64,000 nt of DNA, from assembly GCA_018062765.1 (NCBI GenBank), contig JAGORR010000001.1, positions 217,249-281,248 of the forward strand, in the 5' to 3' direction. Source of the stretch: Minisyncoccota bacterium (GTDB lineage Bacteria > Patescibacteriota > Minisyncoccia > Phycocordibacterales > Phycocordibacteraceae). A model generated the notes under the pieces. The model made no database searches and was not told the origin of the DNA. It saw only the letters and a list, made by a program, of their open reading frames with translations. Each line of letters starts with the position of its first letter. Positions within the stretch are counted from its first letter, which is position 1. Positions 44,798 to 54,702 of the stretch are shown piece after piece. The position numbers were made by a program, and so were the translations under genes.

Positions 44798-45616
44798 TTA
44801 GATTACTGGCTCTACGGCAGGCTCCGTCTCTGGCTCCGTTTCCTCCTCATCCGGCTCTACTTCGGGACGAGAAGCCTTAAGTGCAGTAATCGCACTTCGG
44901 AGTGCTTCGCCCGCTGCCTTTACAGATTCATGGGCTGTCTTTGCAGCTGCGCGGAACGAATCGCGCTCACTGGCTGGGTCCTCGCTTTCCTTGAGCGCTG
45001 CTGCAGCTGCCTTCGCGCTTCCAATCGCACCTACGGCGTCTGCAATCTTTCCTTCAGCGTCAGCAAGCGCCGCAGAAGCTTCCGACATATCCGCACCCCT
45101 GCCTTCAAGCTCGTCGATGCGGGAGGCGACGCGGTCTGCGATTCCTTCGAGGAAGGTGACGCGTGCTGCAAGCAGGCGTAGGATGTTATCGGTAAAGACA
45201 CCCACGCGCTCCTTCACCGCTTCAGTGAAATTCACCTTGCGCACCTGGCGAGACTCACCTAGTGCTGCTTTCTGTTCCTCTATCTTTGCTTTTATCTCCT
45301 CAGGGGTTGCTCCAGACTCACGGAGTGCCTGCACTTCTGCTTTTGCAGCTTCGCGTGCCTCCATGGCGCCCTTGCGCGCCTCCATCATATCGGCGCGGAA
45401 TTCGCCGCGCGTCGTCGATGCATTCTCGCGTATGTCTTTGCGAGCTTCTATCAGATTTTCGCGAACCTCCTTTCGGGCTTCTGCGCGCGGCGCTACTGGG
45501 CGCTCCCGAGGGAACTCGGGCTTAGTGGGAGTAGTCGTATTCTCCTCGGCAGAAACGCTTGCGGAGCCTAGCAAAAGAAGGGTCGCAAGGCCGATAGTGA
45601 TGAGACGGATATGCAT
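44798..45616 (-). CDS. secreted alpha-helical (coiled-coil-like) protein, hypothetical
   Basis: Internal start at MHIRLITIGLATLLLLGSASVSA (signal peptide). Repetitive EARK/EAR heptad-like segments. Confidence 0.45.
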   Translation of the reverse strand: MHIRLITIGLATLLLLGSASVSAEENTTTPTKPEFPRERPVAPRAEARKEVRENLIEARKDIRENASTTRGEFRADMMEARKGAMEAREAAKAEVQALRESGATPEEIKAKIEEQKAALGESRQVRKVNFTEAVKERVGVFTDNILRLLAARVTFLEGIADRVASRIDELEGRGADMSEASAALADAEGKIADAVGAIGSAKAAAAALKESEDPASERDSFRAAAKTAHESVKAAGEALRSAITALKASRPEVEPDEEETEPETEPAVEPVI

Positions 45617-45731
45617 AGCGAGATAAAGTATGAGTGATAGACGAACGAGCGTTCGTACTTCTCTAGGATAGCTTGAGATTACCCAGTGTGGCTCCTCGAG
45701 TAGGGGATTACGTCGCGTCTTGCGTGTCGAT

Positions 45732-45759
45732 TTGTTAAATTTAAGAGCCATGGTATAAT
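45732..45759 (+). promoter_or_regulatory. sigma70-like promoter with an extended -10
   Basis: TTGTTA, 16-nt spacer, TGgTATAAT, about 35 nt before the ATG at 45794. Confidence 0.4.
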
Positions 45760-45793
45760 ATTCATCAGACAAGGTTTTTTGGAGGGCTAAGGA

Positions 45794-46339
45794 ATGACTG
45801 CGTTATCACACTCTGCGGTGCGGCCATCGAATCCGCTTACATCGCTTGAGACGCCACTCACCTACGTTGCGGCGTCAGACGATATGGTCGTTGTCGACGA
45901 CCTCATCGGGAAGCGGCGGCGCTTTGGGAATGCCACAGTGCACGCGGGAGTCGGATTCGTTCGCGCGTTCGCGGGATTCATCGCACGGAACCCCACAAGC
46001 GGCGTCATCGACTTCTTCAAGGTCGGAAGCGACGACTTCCGACCGAAGCGGCACGACGCGAAGGACCTTCTGCCGCATCTTGTGGCGTTCGACTCGATGC
46101 CGCTTGCGGGACTCGAGGCTGCGGTCGCGTGGCACCTTTCACCCGGAACCCTCAACAGGTACCACGGCTTCACGGCGTTCATCATGAACCACCGGAGGGA
46201 GCTCTGGGCGGTGAGGGCATCGTGTCACTTCATGAAATTCGCGGCCGTGCAGGAATGCACACTCGACGCGATGCCAGCAACCGACGGCTTCTACAGCGGC
46301 CCCGATTGCTTGCTCCGATTCAGACCGGTGCGCTCCTGA
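45794..46339 (+). CDS. hypothetical protein
   Basis: 181 aa; a terminator-like hairpin follows (46344-46370). Confidence 0.35.
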   Translation: MTALSHSAVRPSNPLTSLETPLTYVAASDDMVVVDDLIGKRRRFGNATVHAGVGFVRAFAGFIARNPTSGVIDFFKVGSDDFRPKRHDAKDLLPHLVAFDSMPLAGLEAAVAWHLSPGTLNRYHGFTAFIMNHRRELWAVRASCHFMKFAAVQECTLDAMPATDGFYSGPDCLLRFRPVRS

Positions 46340-46410
46340 ACATGCGACCCGGCGCTACGCGCCGGGTTTTCTGTTTTCCATACTTCATCCACCCCGTTAT
46401 ACTGGAGCAA

Positions 46411-47793
46411 ATGATTGAGAACCGTTCGCCTTGGCTCCATCAATTGAATCGTAAGCGCCCCGTCGTCGCTATCGATTCGCATCACGCGGCGGACCTTGCG
46501 ATTGTTGGTGGCGGCATCGCGGGGGTGGCGACCGCGTATTTTGCGCTCCGGGACACTAAAGAGACTGTGGTGATGCTTGAGGCGGACAAAGTCGCCCATG
46601 GGGCCACCGGCCACAACGCGGGTCAGATTGCGAGCTACTTCGAGCGCCCGTTGTCGTCCTTAGCAAAGGAATTTGGCGAGGAGAAAGCTGCGGCAGCGCA
46701 GAAATCGGTCGAAAGCGCATGGCTTTTGATAGACGAGATACTTGCTGAGACGAGGCTTACCACTCCAGTGTATCGATTCACTGGCTACGCGGGTGTCTCT
46801 TGCCTCAATCACGTCATCACGCGCCTTAACGATAACCGCATCCGCACCAAGGGAGGACTCGCACCAGAAAGTCTTATGGTTTCCGAGGAGTGGGCGGACC
46901 GGGCGAAGATTCCTCACGAATATGCGGAGGAATACTCGGTAGTGCCGCATAAGGACATCATGGCGCTTCTCGACGCTTCTAACCCCGACTACATCGCGGC
47001 GAGTTCCTACCAGAAGGGGTGCACCAATAGCGCACTGCTTTGTGAAGAGATTATCGCGTACCTGCTTGCGACGTATCCGGAGCGATTCACGCTCCGGGAG
47101 GGGAGTCCGGTTACCCGTGTGAAGCTTTCTGCTGCGGACGTCACCCTCATCGTAAAAGAGCACGAAGTGAAGGTGAGTCGCGTGGTACTCGCGACAAATG
47201 GATTCGAGAATTTTCATATCTTTCATGAGTCCGGGCCCCAAATCGATACGACTTTCCATCACGACGTCACCGGACGCATCGGCTACATGGCCGCATATGT
47301 TGAACCCTTATCGAATCCACCTACCGCGATAAGTTATTTCCCAAAGGGTGCCGACATGACCGGAGACCCAACCGGCGAGAGCTACTTCTACCTCACTCGT
47401 CGCCCACACGAAGCTGAAGGAATGCCTACGACTAACCTGGTATGTGTGGGTGGCCCCGACATGCCGCTTCCAAACCAGGCGCTCTATGTCCGCGATGAGG
47501 TATCGCAGGACCATATACCTGGGGTTATAGACCAGTTCATGCGCGAGAATTACCGACTCTACCCGGTAGACAAGCCAGAGTACCCGTATCACTGGAACGG
47601 GCTCATGGGCTACACGCCGGGCGGCGTGCGGCGCGTAGGGCCCGAGCCCGTGAATCCGCGTCTTTTATATAATCTCGGCTGCAACGGCGTCGGTATTCTG
47701 CCGTCCATATGGGGCGGGAAGCGTATCTCGGAGTTTCTCCTTGGAGGCGCTGTAGAACCCTCTCTTTTTGACCCTCGCGATCAGCGTTCATAA
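46411..47793 (+). CDS. FAD-dependent oxidoreductase (DAO/glycine-oxidase-like)
   Basis: DLAIVGGGIAGVATAY Rossmann dinucleotide motif. Internal ATG after a GGAG RBS. Confidence 0.7.
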   Translation: MIENRSPWLHQLNRKRPVVAIDSHHAADLAIVGGGIAGVATAYFALRDTKETVVMLEADKVAHGATGHNAGQIASYFERPLSSLAKEFGEEKAAAAQKSVESAWLLIDEILAETRLTTPVYRFTGYAGVSCLNHVITRLNDNRIRTKGGLAPESLMVSEEWADRAKIPHEYAEEYSVVPHKDIMALLDASNPDYIAASSYQKGCTNSALLCEEIIAYLLATYPERFTLREGSPVTRVKLSAADVTLIVKEHEVKVSRVVLATNGFENFHIFHESGPQIDTTFHHDVTGRIGYMAAYVEPLSNPPTAISYFPKGADMTGDPTGESYFYLTRRPHEAEGMPTTNLVCVGGPDMPLPNQALYVRDEVSQDHIPGVIDQFMRENYRLYPVDKPEYPYHWNGLMGYTPGGVRRVGPEPVNPRLLYNLGCNGVGILPSIWGGKRISEFLLGGAVEPSLFDPRDQRS

Positions 47794-47831
47794 CCCCATC
47801 CACACCAGGGGAACACTACTTGCGTGCTACG

Positions 47832-49391
47832 ATGATATTCATGAAGATTTCATCGAAAATCTTCGGCGTTCTTGCTACCCGGGTGTTCGCAGGAATATTC
47901 ATCGCAGGCATTGCCGGCGTGCTTTTCTTCGGTAATTTCTTTACCACACGAGGTCCGGTCGAGGCATCCGCCGACACGTACTACCCAACGTTCTGTCTTG
48001 GCGGCTGGGAGAATCCGAAGCTCGCAAGTGAGAAGCCAGCGATAAATCCTAAGGATCTCGGTGCCTTTACGCCAGAGAACTCCGCATTCCTTGCGGATGA
48101 TATTTCCGCACAGATATTTTGCGGATACTTTCCCGTCGTTGGGCGCGACAAACTCCCCATGTCTGCGCGCGTGTCGTTCAACTGGCTGCTTGTTGGCGAG
48201 CCGATTGCGCCTGTTGTTGAGGAAGCTCCGGCAGAGGAGGCTCCGATAGAGAGCGGTGAAGGAGAGGTGCTTGGCGAGGAAACTCAAACTGGTGATACTC
48301 CCGCTGACGTACCGGAGCCCGCACCAGACACCACACCCGCGCCGTCTGATACCACTCCGACTGAGTCGGAGTCACCTGCGCCAGCGTCCGACGCGCCCTC
48401 TGGTGACACAGGCGAAAGTTCTGGTGGAGAATCGTCGAGTGAGTCTGGCGGAGATAGTGGCGGAGGTGATTCTGGTGCCGGAGACTCGGGCGGAGGAGAT
48501 GGAGGAGGCGATTCCGGTGGCGGCGATAGTGGCGGTGATGCTGGCGGCGGGGACTCGGGGGGAGGGGACTCGTCTGCGTCCAGTGTTTTCGATGAGCTTG
48601 CGTCGCTCGTACGCTCGCGCGCGAGCGCCGCGTTTGCGGAAGACGCCCCATCGATTGGTAACGATCTGCTCGATGTGAGCTACAGCTTCGATGGCGTGCG
48701 GTGGCAGTCTGCGGGGCGGGTCGGCAGGGATAACTGGCGCGATTTCAGCATACTCATTCCTGCGACCTCGTGGCAGGAACTTCAGAACCTACAGGTCATG
48801 GTTTCCGCGCTTCCGACCCTCGATACGCGCCCGGCGATTTACCTCGAGTCGATGATGCTGCGTGTCTCGGTGGATCGTACTTTTGCGGAGCTTGCTACCG
48901 ACAGTTTTGCGGCAGTGGGAGATGTCGTCGAAGGACTTTTCACTCTGCCTGCGCCCGTAGCTGCTGTAGTCGAGGCACCCGTCTATCAAGCGCCACCAGC
49001 TAAAGAGAAAAAGCTTTCATTCCGAGTTGCCGGAAGTCCGCTCGATACGCTCGGGAAGAACTTGCCCGCACCAAATGTTTCTGCGAGCGGCGACGGACTT
49101 AGCCTTACCGTTTCCGGGAAGTGCAGTATGCCGTACTTTGTGGTGCTGACCTACCGTAGTCGAGAAGATTTCGAGAAGCGTCCGCGCCAGTTCGCCTCTA
49201 ATTATGCGGGCCCTTGTAAGGGTGGGTCGTTTACGTACGACATGGAGCACCTTCCGACTGATACCCCGGAGGACGTGTACTACCTTGTTGTGGGCGAGCA
49301 GAGCGACACAGAGCCATGGCGGGCAACCACCGAGCTCGTGCCGGTCGAGGTGCGTACGGTAGAGATAACGCCAGGGTCCCTCGACGAGTAG
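47832..49391 (+). CDS. membrane-anchored surface protein with a (G/D/S)-rich low-complexity tract
   Basis: TM anchor. GGDSGGGDSGAGDSGGGDGGGDSGGGDSGGDAGGGDSGGGDS repeat tract. No known domain. Confidence 0.45.
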   Translation: MIFMKISSKIFGVLATRVFAGIFIAGIAGVLFFGNFFTTRGPVEASADTYYPTFCLGGWENPKLASEKPAINPKDLGAFTPENSAFLADDISAQIFCGYFPVVGRDKLPMSARVSFNWLLVGEPIAPVVEEAPAEEAPIESGEGEVLGEETQTGDTPADVPEPAPDTTPAPSDTTPTESESPAPASDAPSGDTGESSGGESSSESGGDSGGGDSGAGDSGGGDGGGDSGGGDSGGDAGGGDSGGGDSSASSVFDELASLVRSRASAAFAEDAPSIGNDLLDVSYSFDGVRWQSAGRVGRDNWRDFSILIPATSWQELQNLQVMVSALPTLDTRPAIYLESMMLRVSVDRTFAELATDSFAAVGDVVEGLFTLPAPVAAVVEAPVYQAPPAKEKKLSFRVAGSPLDTLGKNLPAPNVSASGDGLSLTVSGKCSMPYFVVLTYRSREDFEKRPRQFASNYAGPCKGGSFTYDMEHLPTDTPEDVYYLVVGEQSDTEPWRATTELVPVEVRTVEITPGSLDE

Positions 49392-49392
49392 T

Positions 49393-50016
49393 ATGGCAAT
49401 AGTTGCGCGCATACTCGAGAACACGACTGCCGTCGCCGTAGCGGCGCAGCCGCCCTTAAAGACACCGGAGCCGACGGCCGTATTCGCGCTATTTGCTCCT
49501 GAGGAGCAGTCAGGTGCGCGTTTTTTTGACGACACTGCGCTTGGGGTACGCTCCTTCACTCTTCCTGCGTTGGACCTCCGACTTATCTTCGAGCCTACGC
49601 GCGTCAGGCTCGAGGCAACCGCGCCTAAGCCGGTCGATGTGCTTCCGTTGGGTACACGCCTAGCAAATGTCGTCGCGGCCATATATCCCAATGTTCCGTT
49701 TCTTCGCTATGGATTCAACTACGACCGCACGTTCCAATACGACGCCGTCATCCCACAGCGCCACATCATGGAGGCGTTCATGGACGCGGAGGCCGTGAAT
49801 GCGATGACGCATTTTGGCTGGCAGTGCACCTTGCAGAAAGAGAAGGGTAAGCGGAAGGAAACCTACTTCTTCAAGGTCGTCTCGCCGCTTGAGATACGAA
49901 TCCTCGCGAATATCGAGTTCGATCGGGTACTTCCAGAAGCAGGCAAGTGCCAGACAGAGTTCGCGCAGTGCGCGGATGACGCGATGCATATCGTCGAACG
50001 TCTCCGTTTTTCCTAA
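49393..50016 (+). CDS. hypothetical protein
   Basis: 207 aa, translationally coupled to its neighbours. Confidence 0.4.
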   Translation: MAIVARILENTTAVAVAAQPPLKTPEPTAVFALFAPEEQSGARFFDDTALGVRSFTLPALDLRLIFEPTRVRLEATAPKPVDVLPLGTRLANVVAAIYPNVPFLRYGFNYDRTFQYDAVIPQRHIMEAFMDAEAVNAMTHFGWQCTLQKEKGKRKETYFFKVVSPLEIRILANIEFDRVLPEAGKCQTEFAQCADDAMHIVERLRFS

Positions 50017-50017
50017 C

Positions 50018-51484
50018 ATGACCGTAACCCGCAACGGCGTACGACTTACGAGGCGGAGCAAGCGCTGGTGGCGGCTTGCGTTCATACTTGCTGCCGAGGG
50101 TGTGCTTTCCGCGTTCGTCTACATGTCCTTGGCGGCGCATATCCTCTGGCCAGAAGACTCTAAAGCTGCCACCGGCGTCTCCGCGATGCTCTCCTATGAG
50201 GGAAGGCTTATGGACGCGTCGGGGAACCCGCTTGGCGGCACCGGCACCCCATACTGCTTCCGCTACTCCATATACGACGCAGCCTCGGGTGGCACGAAGC
50301 TCTGGCCCGCAGGCACCCCTAATACATCGCTCGCCACTTCTACCGACGGCGTGTTCTCGTCCCTCATTGGCCAGGCGGATGCGCTTACCTATAACTTTTT
50401 TGATAGCGATACTGTCTACCTCAACGTCGATGTGTACACGGTGGCAGCGTCTGGAGGCACCTGCTCGGGCGGTTCGTGGGAGAGTCTCACGCCCCGTCAG
50501 CAGATTGCCTCAACCGGCTACGCGCAGACCGCAAAAAACACCTACGGCGGCTCGATACAGGTGGGTGACGGCGCCGGCGTAACGCTCAATTATCTTGCGC
50601 TCGACGTGAAGAATACGGACGACTACATCGGTCAGTCCTGCACCACAAGCGGCACCGTGTGGTACAACTCCGCGATATCAAAGACACTCGTCTGCGAGAA
50701 CTCGGTCATACAGGCGATTTCGAATGCGTCTGCGACGACGACGATTGCGGGCATCACAACGAACACTGCCGCTGCAGCATCTACCGGTACCATCGTTTTC
50801 AGTAACGCAAACGGCGTTACCTTCGGCATCAACGGACAGACCATCACTGCTTCTGTTGCCGCCGCTGGCGGCGGCATCACCTACAGCGGATATGCACCTG
50901 ATCATTTGGGTAAGGAGCTCGTCGCGGGTCAACAGGGACAAGGGACCTTCTTTGTTCAGCCGATGTGGAACGCTCCCTCGTTCCAGTTCGATAGACTCGT
51001 TTTGCCCATCAACTTCTCCAACACCTCAAACCTTTCGGGAAGCGGCACCGTCTCGTTCTGGATTGGCATTTACAGCAGAAACGTATCGTCGCTTTCGCTC
51101 GTGATGAGCACTTCCATATCAACGAACGTCACGATGTCTGGGACGGTCGGTAGCTATTCGCTCTACGCTGGACCGAGAAACCTTGCTATTCCATGGACGA
51201 GCACCGTATCCGGAAGCGACTACTGGATTGGCATCGGCTCTCGTACGACCACGGGCGGCGCCGCGATGTCGATCTCACAATTCCTGGCTTCACAACCGAA
51301 CTCAAACTATTCGGGAAATTTCGGTTCAGCGAACAATGCCACCAAAGGAATGATTATGGGACAAGGTTTCTATAGTGCTACGACATCAGCAGTCCCGGCT
51401 TCGATCGCCTTCACGCAAATCAATGGAACGGGTTCGCTCAATAGGCGCCCCCCAGTGTATTACTTCATGAGCGGTACGATATGA
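50018..51484 (+). CDS. membrane-anchored Ser/Thr/Gly-rich surface protein, hypothetical
   Basis: Internal ATG one nt after the upstream stop. N-terminal TM. Long S/T/G/N-rich beta-rich region. Confidence 0.45.
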   Translation: MTVTRNGVRLTRRSKRWWRLAFILAAEGVLSAFVYMSLAAHILWPEDSKAATGVSAMLSYEGRLMDASGNPLGGTGTPYCFRYSIYDAASGGTKLWPAGTPNTSLATSTDGVFSSLIGQADALTYNFFDSDTVYLNVDVYTVAASGGTCSGGSWESLTPRQQIASTGYAQTAKNTYGGSIQVGDGAGVTLNYLALDVKNTDDYIGQSCTTSGTVWYNSAISKTLVCENSVIQAISNASATTTIAGITTNTAAAASTGTIVFSNANGVTFGINGQTITASVAAAGGGITYSGYAPDHLGKELVAGQQGQGTFFVQPMWNAPSFQFDRLVLPINFSNTSNLSGSGTVSFWIGIYSRNVSSLSLVMSTSISTNVTMSGTVGSYSLYAGPRNLAIPWTSTVSGSDYWIGIGSRTTTGGAAMSISQFLASQPNSNYSGNFGSANNATKGMIMGQGFYSATTSAVPASIAFTQINGTGSLNRRPPVYYFMSGTI

Positions 51485-52209
51485 AATCGGGCGTTATTTT
51501 TGAGAACCTCAATCTGGGTCTGCATAACGCAGACTTGGAGGCGACGGTCGCGCGTCTTGAGCAGGGGAAGTCGTACCGCGACCTTTCCACCATTATCATC
51601 TGTCCGACTCGCGGCATGATACCGGACCGTGTGGTCCAGAGTTGGATGGGGCTTATACGCCCCATGAATCAGAAGGTCATCGGCCCCATCTTCTTTCGCG
51701 GGTATGAAGTTGGGGAAGCGTACACGATGGCAATCGATTTCGTTCTTTCGAATCCAGAGCTTTCCACTTGGAAATACATACTGACGATAGAGGAGGATAA
51801 CCTCCCGCCGCCTGATGGGCTTCTGAAGCTCTATGAGAGCATGGACACGTATGATGTCGTCGGTGGCCTCTACTGGACCAAGGGCGAGGGAGGGCAGCCC
51901 ATGATCTACGGCGACCCAAAGGTTGCGCCCTTAAACTTCATTCCCCAGAAGCCAGTTGCCGATACCGTGCAACCTGCAAACGGACTTGGCATGGGCTTCA
52001 ATCTGTTCAAAATCGAGATGTTCAAGGATGAGCGTCTGCGCAAGCCCTGGTTCAAGACCCTACAGGGCGTAGTGCCTGGCGAAGGACCCAAGCTCTATAC
52101 GCAGGATTTGTATTTTTTCGAGGATGCAGGCAAACTCGGGTACAAGTTCGCCTGCGACACGCGCGTCAAGGTCGGGCACCTAGACCCATCAACCGACGTA
52201 ATCTGGTAG
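51481..52209 (+). CDS. putative GT-A-fold glycosyltransferase
   Basis: ICPTRG...YILTIEEDN (DxD-like)...QDLYFFEDA pattern resembling the GT2 family; tentative. Confidence 0.35.
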   Translation: MKSGVIFENLNLGLHNADLEATVARLEQGKSYRDLSTIIICPTRGMIPDRVVQSWMGLIRPMNQKVIGPIFFRGYEVGEAYTMAIDFVLSNPELSTWKYILTIEEDNLPPPDGLLKLYESMDTYDVVGGLYWTKGEGGQPMIYGDPKVAPLNFIPQKPVADTVQPANGLGMGFNLFKIEMFKDERLRKPWFKTLQGVVPGEGPKLYTQDLYFFEDAGKLGYKFACDTRVKVGHLDPSTDVIW

Positions 52210-52218
52210 CTGGCACCC

Positions 52219-53184
52219 ATGAAATACTTCATTTTCGTCCTTAGTTTGCTCCTCATCGGCGGAGCCGGCTGGTATTTCGGGAGCGTTTCGAACGTTGCCG
52301 AGGGTATCCGAGCTTCAGTAGTGCAGGATGATTCAAGTCTTACGTCTGGCAACTACCCACTCATCAATGAGACGGTTACCTCCGGCCTCGGGAAGCACTA
52401 CATCATCAATATGCAGCCGCTCAGGGAAAGGTTGGTTGCGATAGCGGAGGAGTATAGCTACAAGAAGCATGTCTATTTCGCCTACCTGAATAACGACTCC
52501 TGGATTGGTATCAACGAGCGCGAGTACTTCACTGCCGCATCGACCATCAAGGTGCCGCTTGCGATGAGTATTATGCACGCGGTCGAGGAGCGAAAAATAT
52601 CTCTTGATGATACGTACACCGTACAGAGCGAGGATTTGGATGATAACTTCGGTGAGCTCTACAAGACTGCTGAGGGTAAGACATTCACGATACGGGAGCT
52701 GATGAAGATTACGCTCGAGGAGTCCGATAACACAGCCTCGTCCGCTCTCTTCCATGCACTTCAGGAAATTGGCATCCAAGATCCATTTTCAAATGTGTAC
52801 ACATTCATGGGATGGGACAACTATCCCGGTGTTGGAGAGTCGCCAGAATACTTCGATGTCAATCTTAAGATTCTCTCGAACATGTTTCTCGCGCTCTACA
52901 ACGCAAAGTATGTCGATGTCGATTCATCACAGGAGATTCTCGACTATCTCGATAACGAGAATTTCAATGAGCAGATAGTGGCCGGCGTCCCGGACGGGAT
53001 CCCTGTCGCGCACAAAAGCGGCGTACAGACAGAATCAGACTCGTATTCAGATTGCGGAATCGTATATGCTCCGAACCGTCACTACCTGCTCTGCATAGGC
53101 TCCGAGGGCGCACCAAAACCAGTGGCAGATGCATTCATGAAGGAAATTTCTAAAACGGTGTACGATTACATCATCAATAACTAG
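52219..53184 (+). CDS. class A beta-lactamase-family serine hydrolase, membrane-anchored
   Basis: S-x-x-K (ASTIKV), SDN (ESDNTAS), KSG (HKSGV) motifs; N-terminal TM. Confidence 0.75.
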   Translation: MKYFIFVLSLLLIGGAGWYFGSVSNVAEGIRASVVQDDSSLTSGNYPLINETVTSGLGKHYIINMQPLRERLVAIAEEYSYKKHVYFAYLNNDSWIGINEREYFTAASTIKVPLAMSIMHAVEERKISLDDTYTVQSEDLDDNFGELYKTAEGKTFTIRELMKITLEESDNTASSALFHALQEIGIQDPFSNVYTFMGWDNYPGVGESPEYFDVNLKILSNMFLALYNAKYVDVDSSQEILDYLDNENFNEQIVAGVPDGIPVAHKSGVQTESDSYSDCGIVYAPNRHYLLCIGSEGAPKPVADAFMKEISKTVYDYIINN

Positions 53185-53276
53185 GCGGGGCGTATGAAAC
53201 TAGATATCGTGTGGGGTCCCCGGTACCATAAGCCTCTTACACGGCTTAGCTACGGGGCTGGCGACATAAGAGAAAT

Positions 53277-53783
53277 ATGAAATTAGACATAGCATGCGGA
53301 CAGAACAAACGTCCTGGCTTCGTTGGGATTGATATTGCGCCTGGTGAAGGTGTCGATATCGTGCATGACCTTGAGGTATACCCGTGGCCCATCAAAGACC
53401 ACTCGGTTTCAGAAATGCATGTGTCGCATTACGTCGAGCATGTAAAGGACCTCATGAATTTCATGAACGAGTGCCATCGAATAGGGGAGAATGGCGCGAA
53501 ACTCACCATCATCGGTCCCTATTACACCTCCATACGCGCGTGGCAGGATCCGACTCATGTGCGTGCCTTGTCGGAGGCGACGTGGATGTACTTCAATAAG
53601 GCGTGGCGCGAAACGAACAAACTCGCTCATTATCCCATCACGTGCGATTTCGATATCACGAACATGGTCGTGTTCTTCAATGAGCCGTGGAATCAGAAGT
53701 CAGAGGAGGCACGACAGTTTGCGCAGAAACACTATTTTAATGTTGTATCGGACATCATGGCGGAGCTTACGGTACGCAAATGA
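53277..53783 (+). CDS. small class I SAM-dependent methyltransferase
   Basis: LDIACGQN motif I-like G-loop; 168 aa. Confidence 0.55.
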   Translation: MKLDIACGQNKRPGFVGIDIAPGEGVDIVHDLEVYPWPIKDHSVSEMHVSHYVEHVKDLMNFMNECHRIGENGAKLTIIGPYYTSIRAWQDPTHVRALSEATWMYFNKAWRETNKLAHYPITCDFDITNMVVFFNEPWNQKSEEARQFAQKHYFNVVSDIMAELTVRK

Positions 53784-54265
53784 TGACGAGGCCGGAGCAA
53801 AAGCACATCGTTCGCGTTGCTGCGTTTGCCACCATTCTCCTTACTTCTCTCGGAGCATTCTTTTTCCTGCGCACATCCGATACGAGTGACACGCCGGTAG
53901 AGGAGTGGCAAGTTGTGGAGAGCACAGCCCCCGGATCAGTTACCTCCGAGCCGGGAGTGCGCGCACCGCACCTGCGAGAGTACCCAGAGCCTGACTCATT
54001 TGCGCACTTTTCCTTTTCAGGTGATGAATCTCGGACCGTTACTGGGGAGTGCAAGGATGCGTATTTCACCGTGCTCATATATCCGGTCGACGTAGATTAT
54101 CGAGAGAATCCACGCGCCGCGTTCCATAATAAAGCAGAGCCTTGCGTGAGGGGAGAATTCTCGGTATCGGTGCCGACACCGTCGCCTCCCTACGTCATCG
54201 GGAGCGAATACTATGTGATTCGCGCGCATCAAGCACTCGACCGTGAGTGGTATGATGCCTATTAG
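53780..54265 (+). CDS. hypothetical membrane-anchored protein
   Basis: 161 aa, N-terminal TM. Confidence 0.4.
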   Translation: MMTRPEQKHIVRVAAFATILLTSLGAFFFLRTSDTSDTPVEEWQVVESTAPGSVTSEPGVRAPHLREYPEPDSFAHFSFSGDESRTVTGECKDAYFTVLIYPVDVDYRENPRAAFHNKAEPCVRGEFSVSVPTPSPPYVIGSEYYVIRAHQALDREWYDAY

Positions 54266-54268
54266 CCT

Positions 54269-54697
54269 ATGCCCATCATCGATATTCCGGCCATGCAGCA
54301 ACGCCGCCAAGGCTATCGCGTCACGTGGCGCACGTTCGTAATCCCCCTAATTGCGTTCGCTGTTGTCCTCGCGCTCTGGGGCTCGTCGCTTGCGTCGTTC
54401 TTCACGCTCCACATCGCGCAGTACACCGACGACCGCTACGCGTTCTACCTTGATACGGGGAATGTGTTCTATGGAAAGGTGATGGCGGCGGGCCCCGGAA
54501 GCGTGACTTTGACCGACGCGTACACGTTCCAGGCAGTCTCTGTAGGGGAGACCTCGACGAATAATCTCCAGGCGCAAACGGGGAATCCGCTGACGCTTCC
54601 GGAGAACTGGGTCACCCTCAACTGGGAGCACGTGATCTTCTATGAGCGCATCGGGGAGGAGGCCTCGGTGCAGAAGCTCATCCGGCAGGGACGATAA
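54269..54697 (+). CDS. hypothetical membrane-anchored protein
   Basis: 142 aa, N-terminal TM. Confidence 0.4.
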   Translation: MPIIDIPAMQQRRQGYRVTWRTFVIPLIAFAVVLALWGSSLASFFTLHIAQYTDDRYAFYLDTGNVFYGKVMAAGPGSVTLTDAYTFQAVSVGETSTNNLQAQTGNPLTLPENWVTLNWEHVIFYERIGEEASVQKLIRQGR

Positions 54698-54702
54698 TCG
54701 GT

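Noticed and set aside
45641-45656. 7-bp inverted repeat ACGAACG-agc-CGTTCGT upstream of the secreted helical-protein gene as a regulator operator
   Set aside because: A short palindrome that could arise by chance. No partner regulator identified. Not called as a feature.
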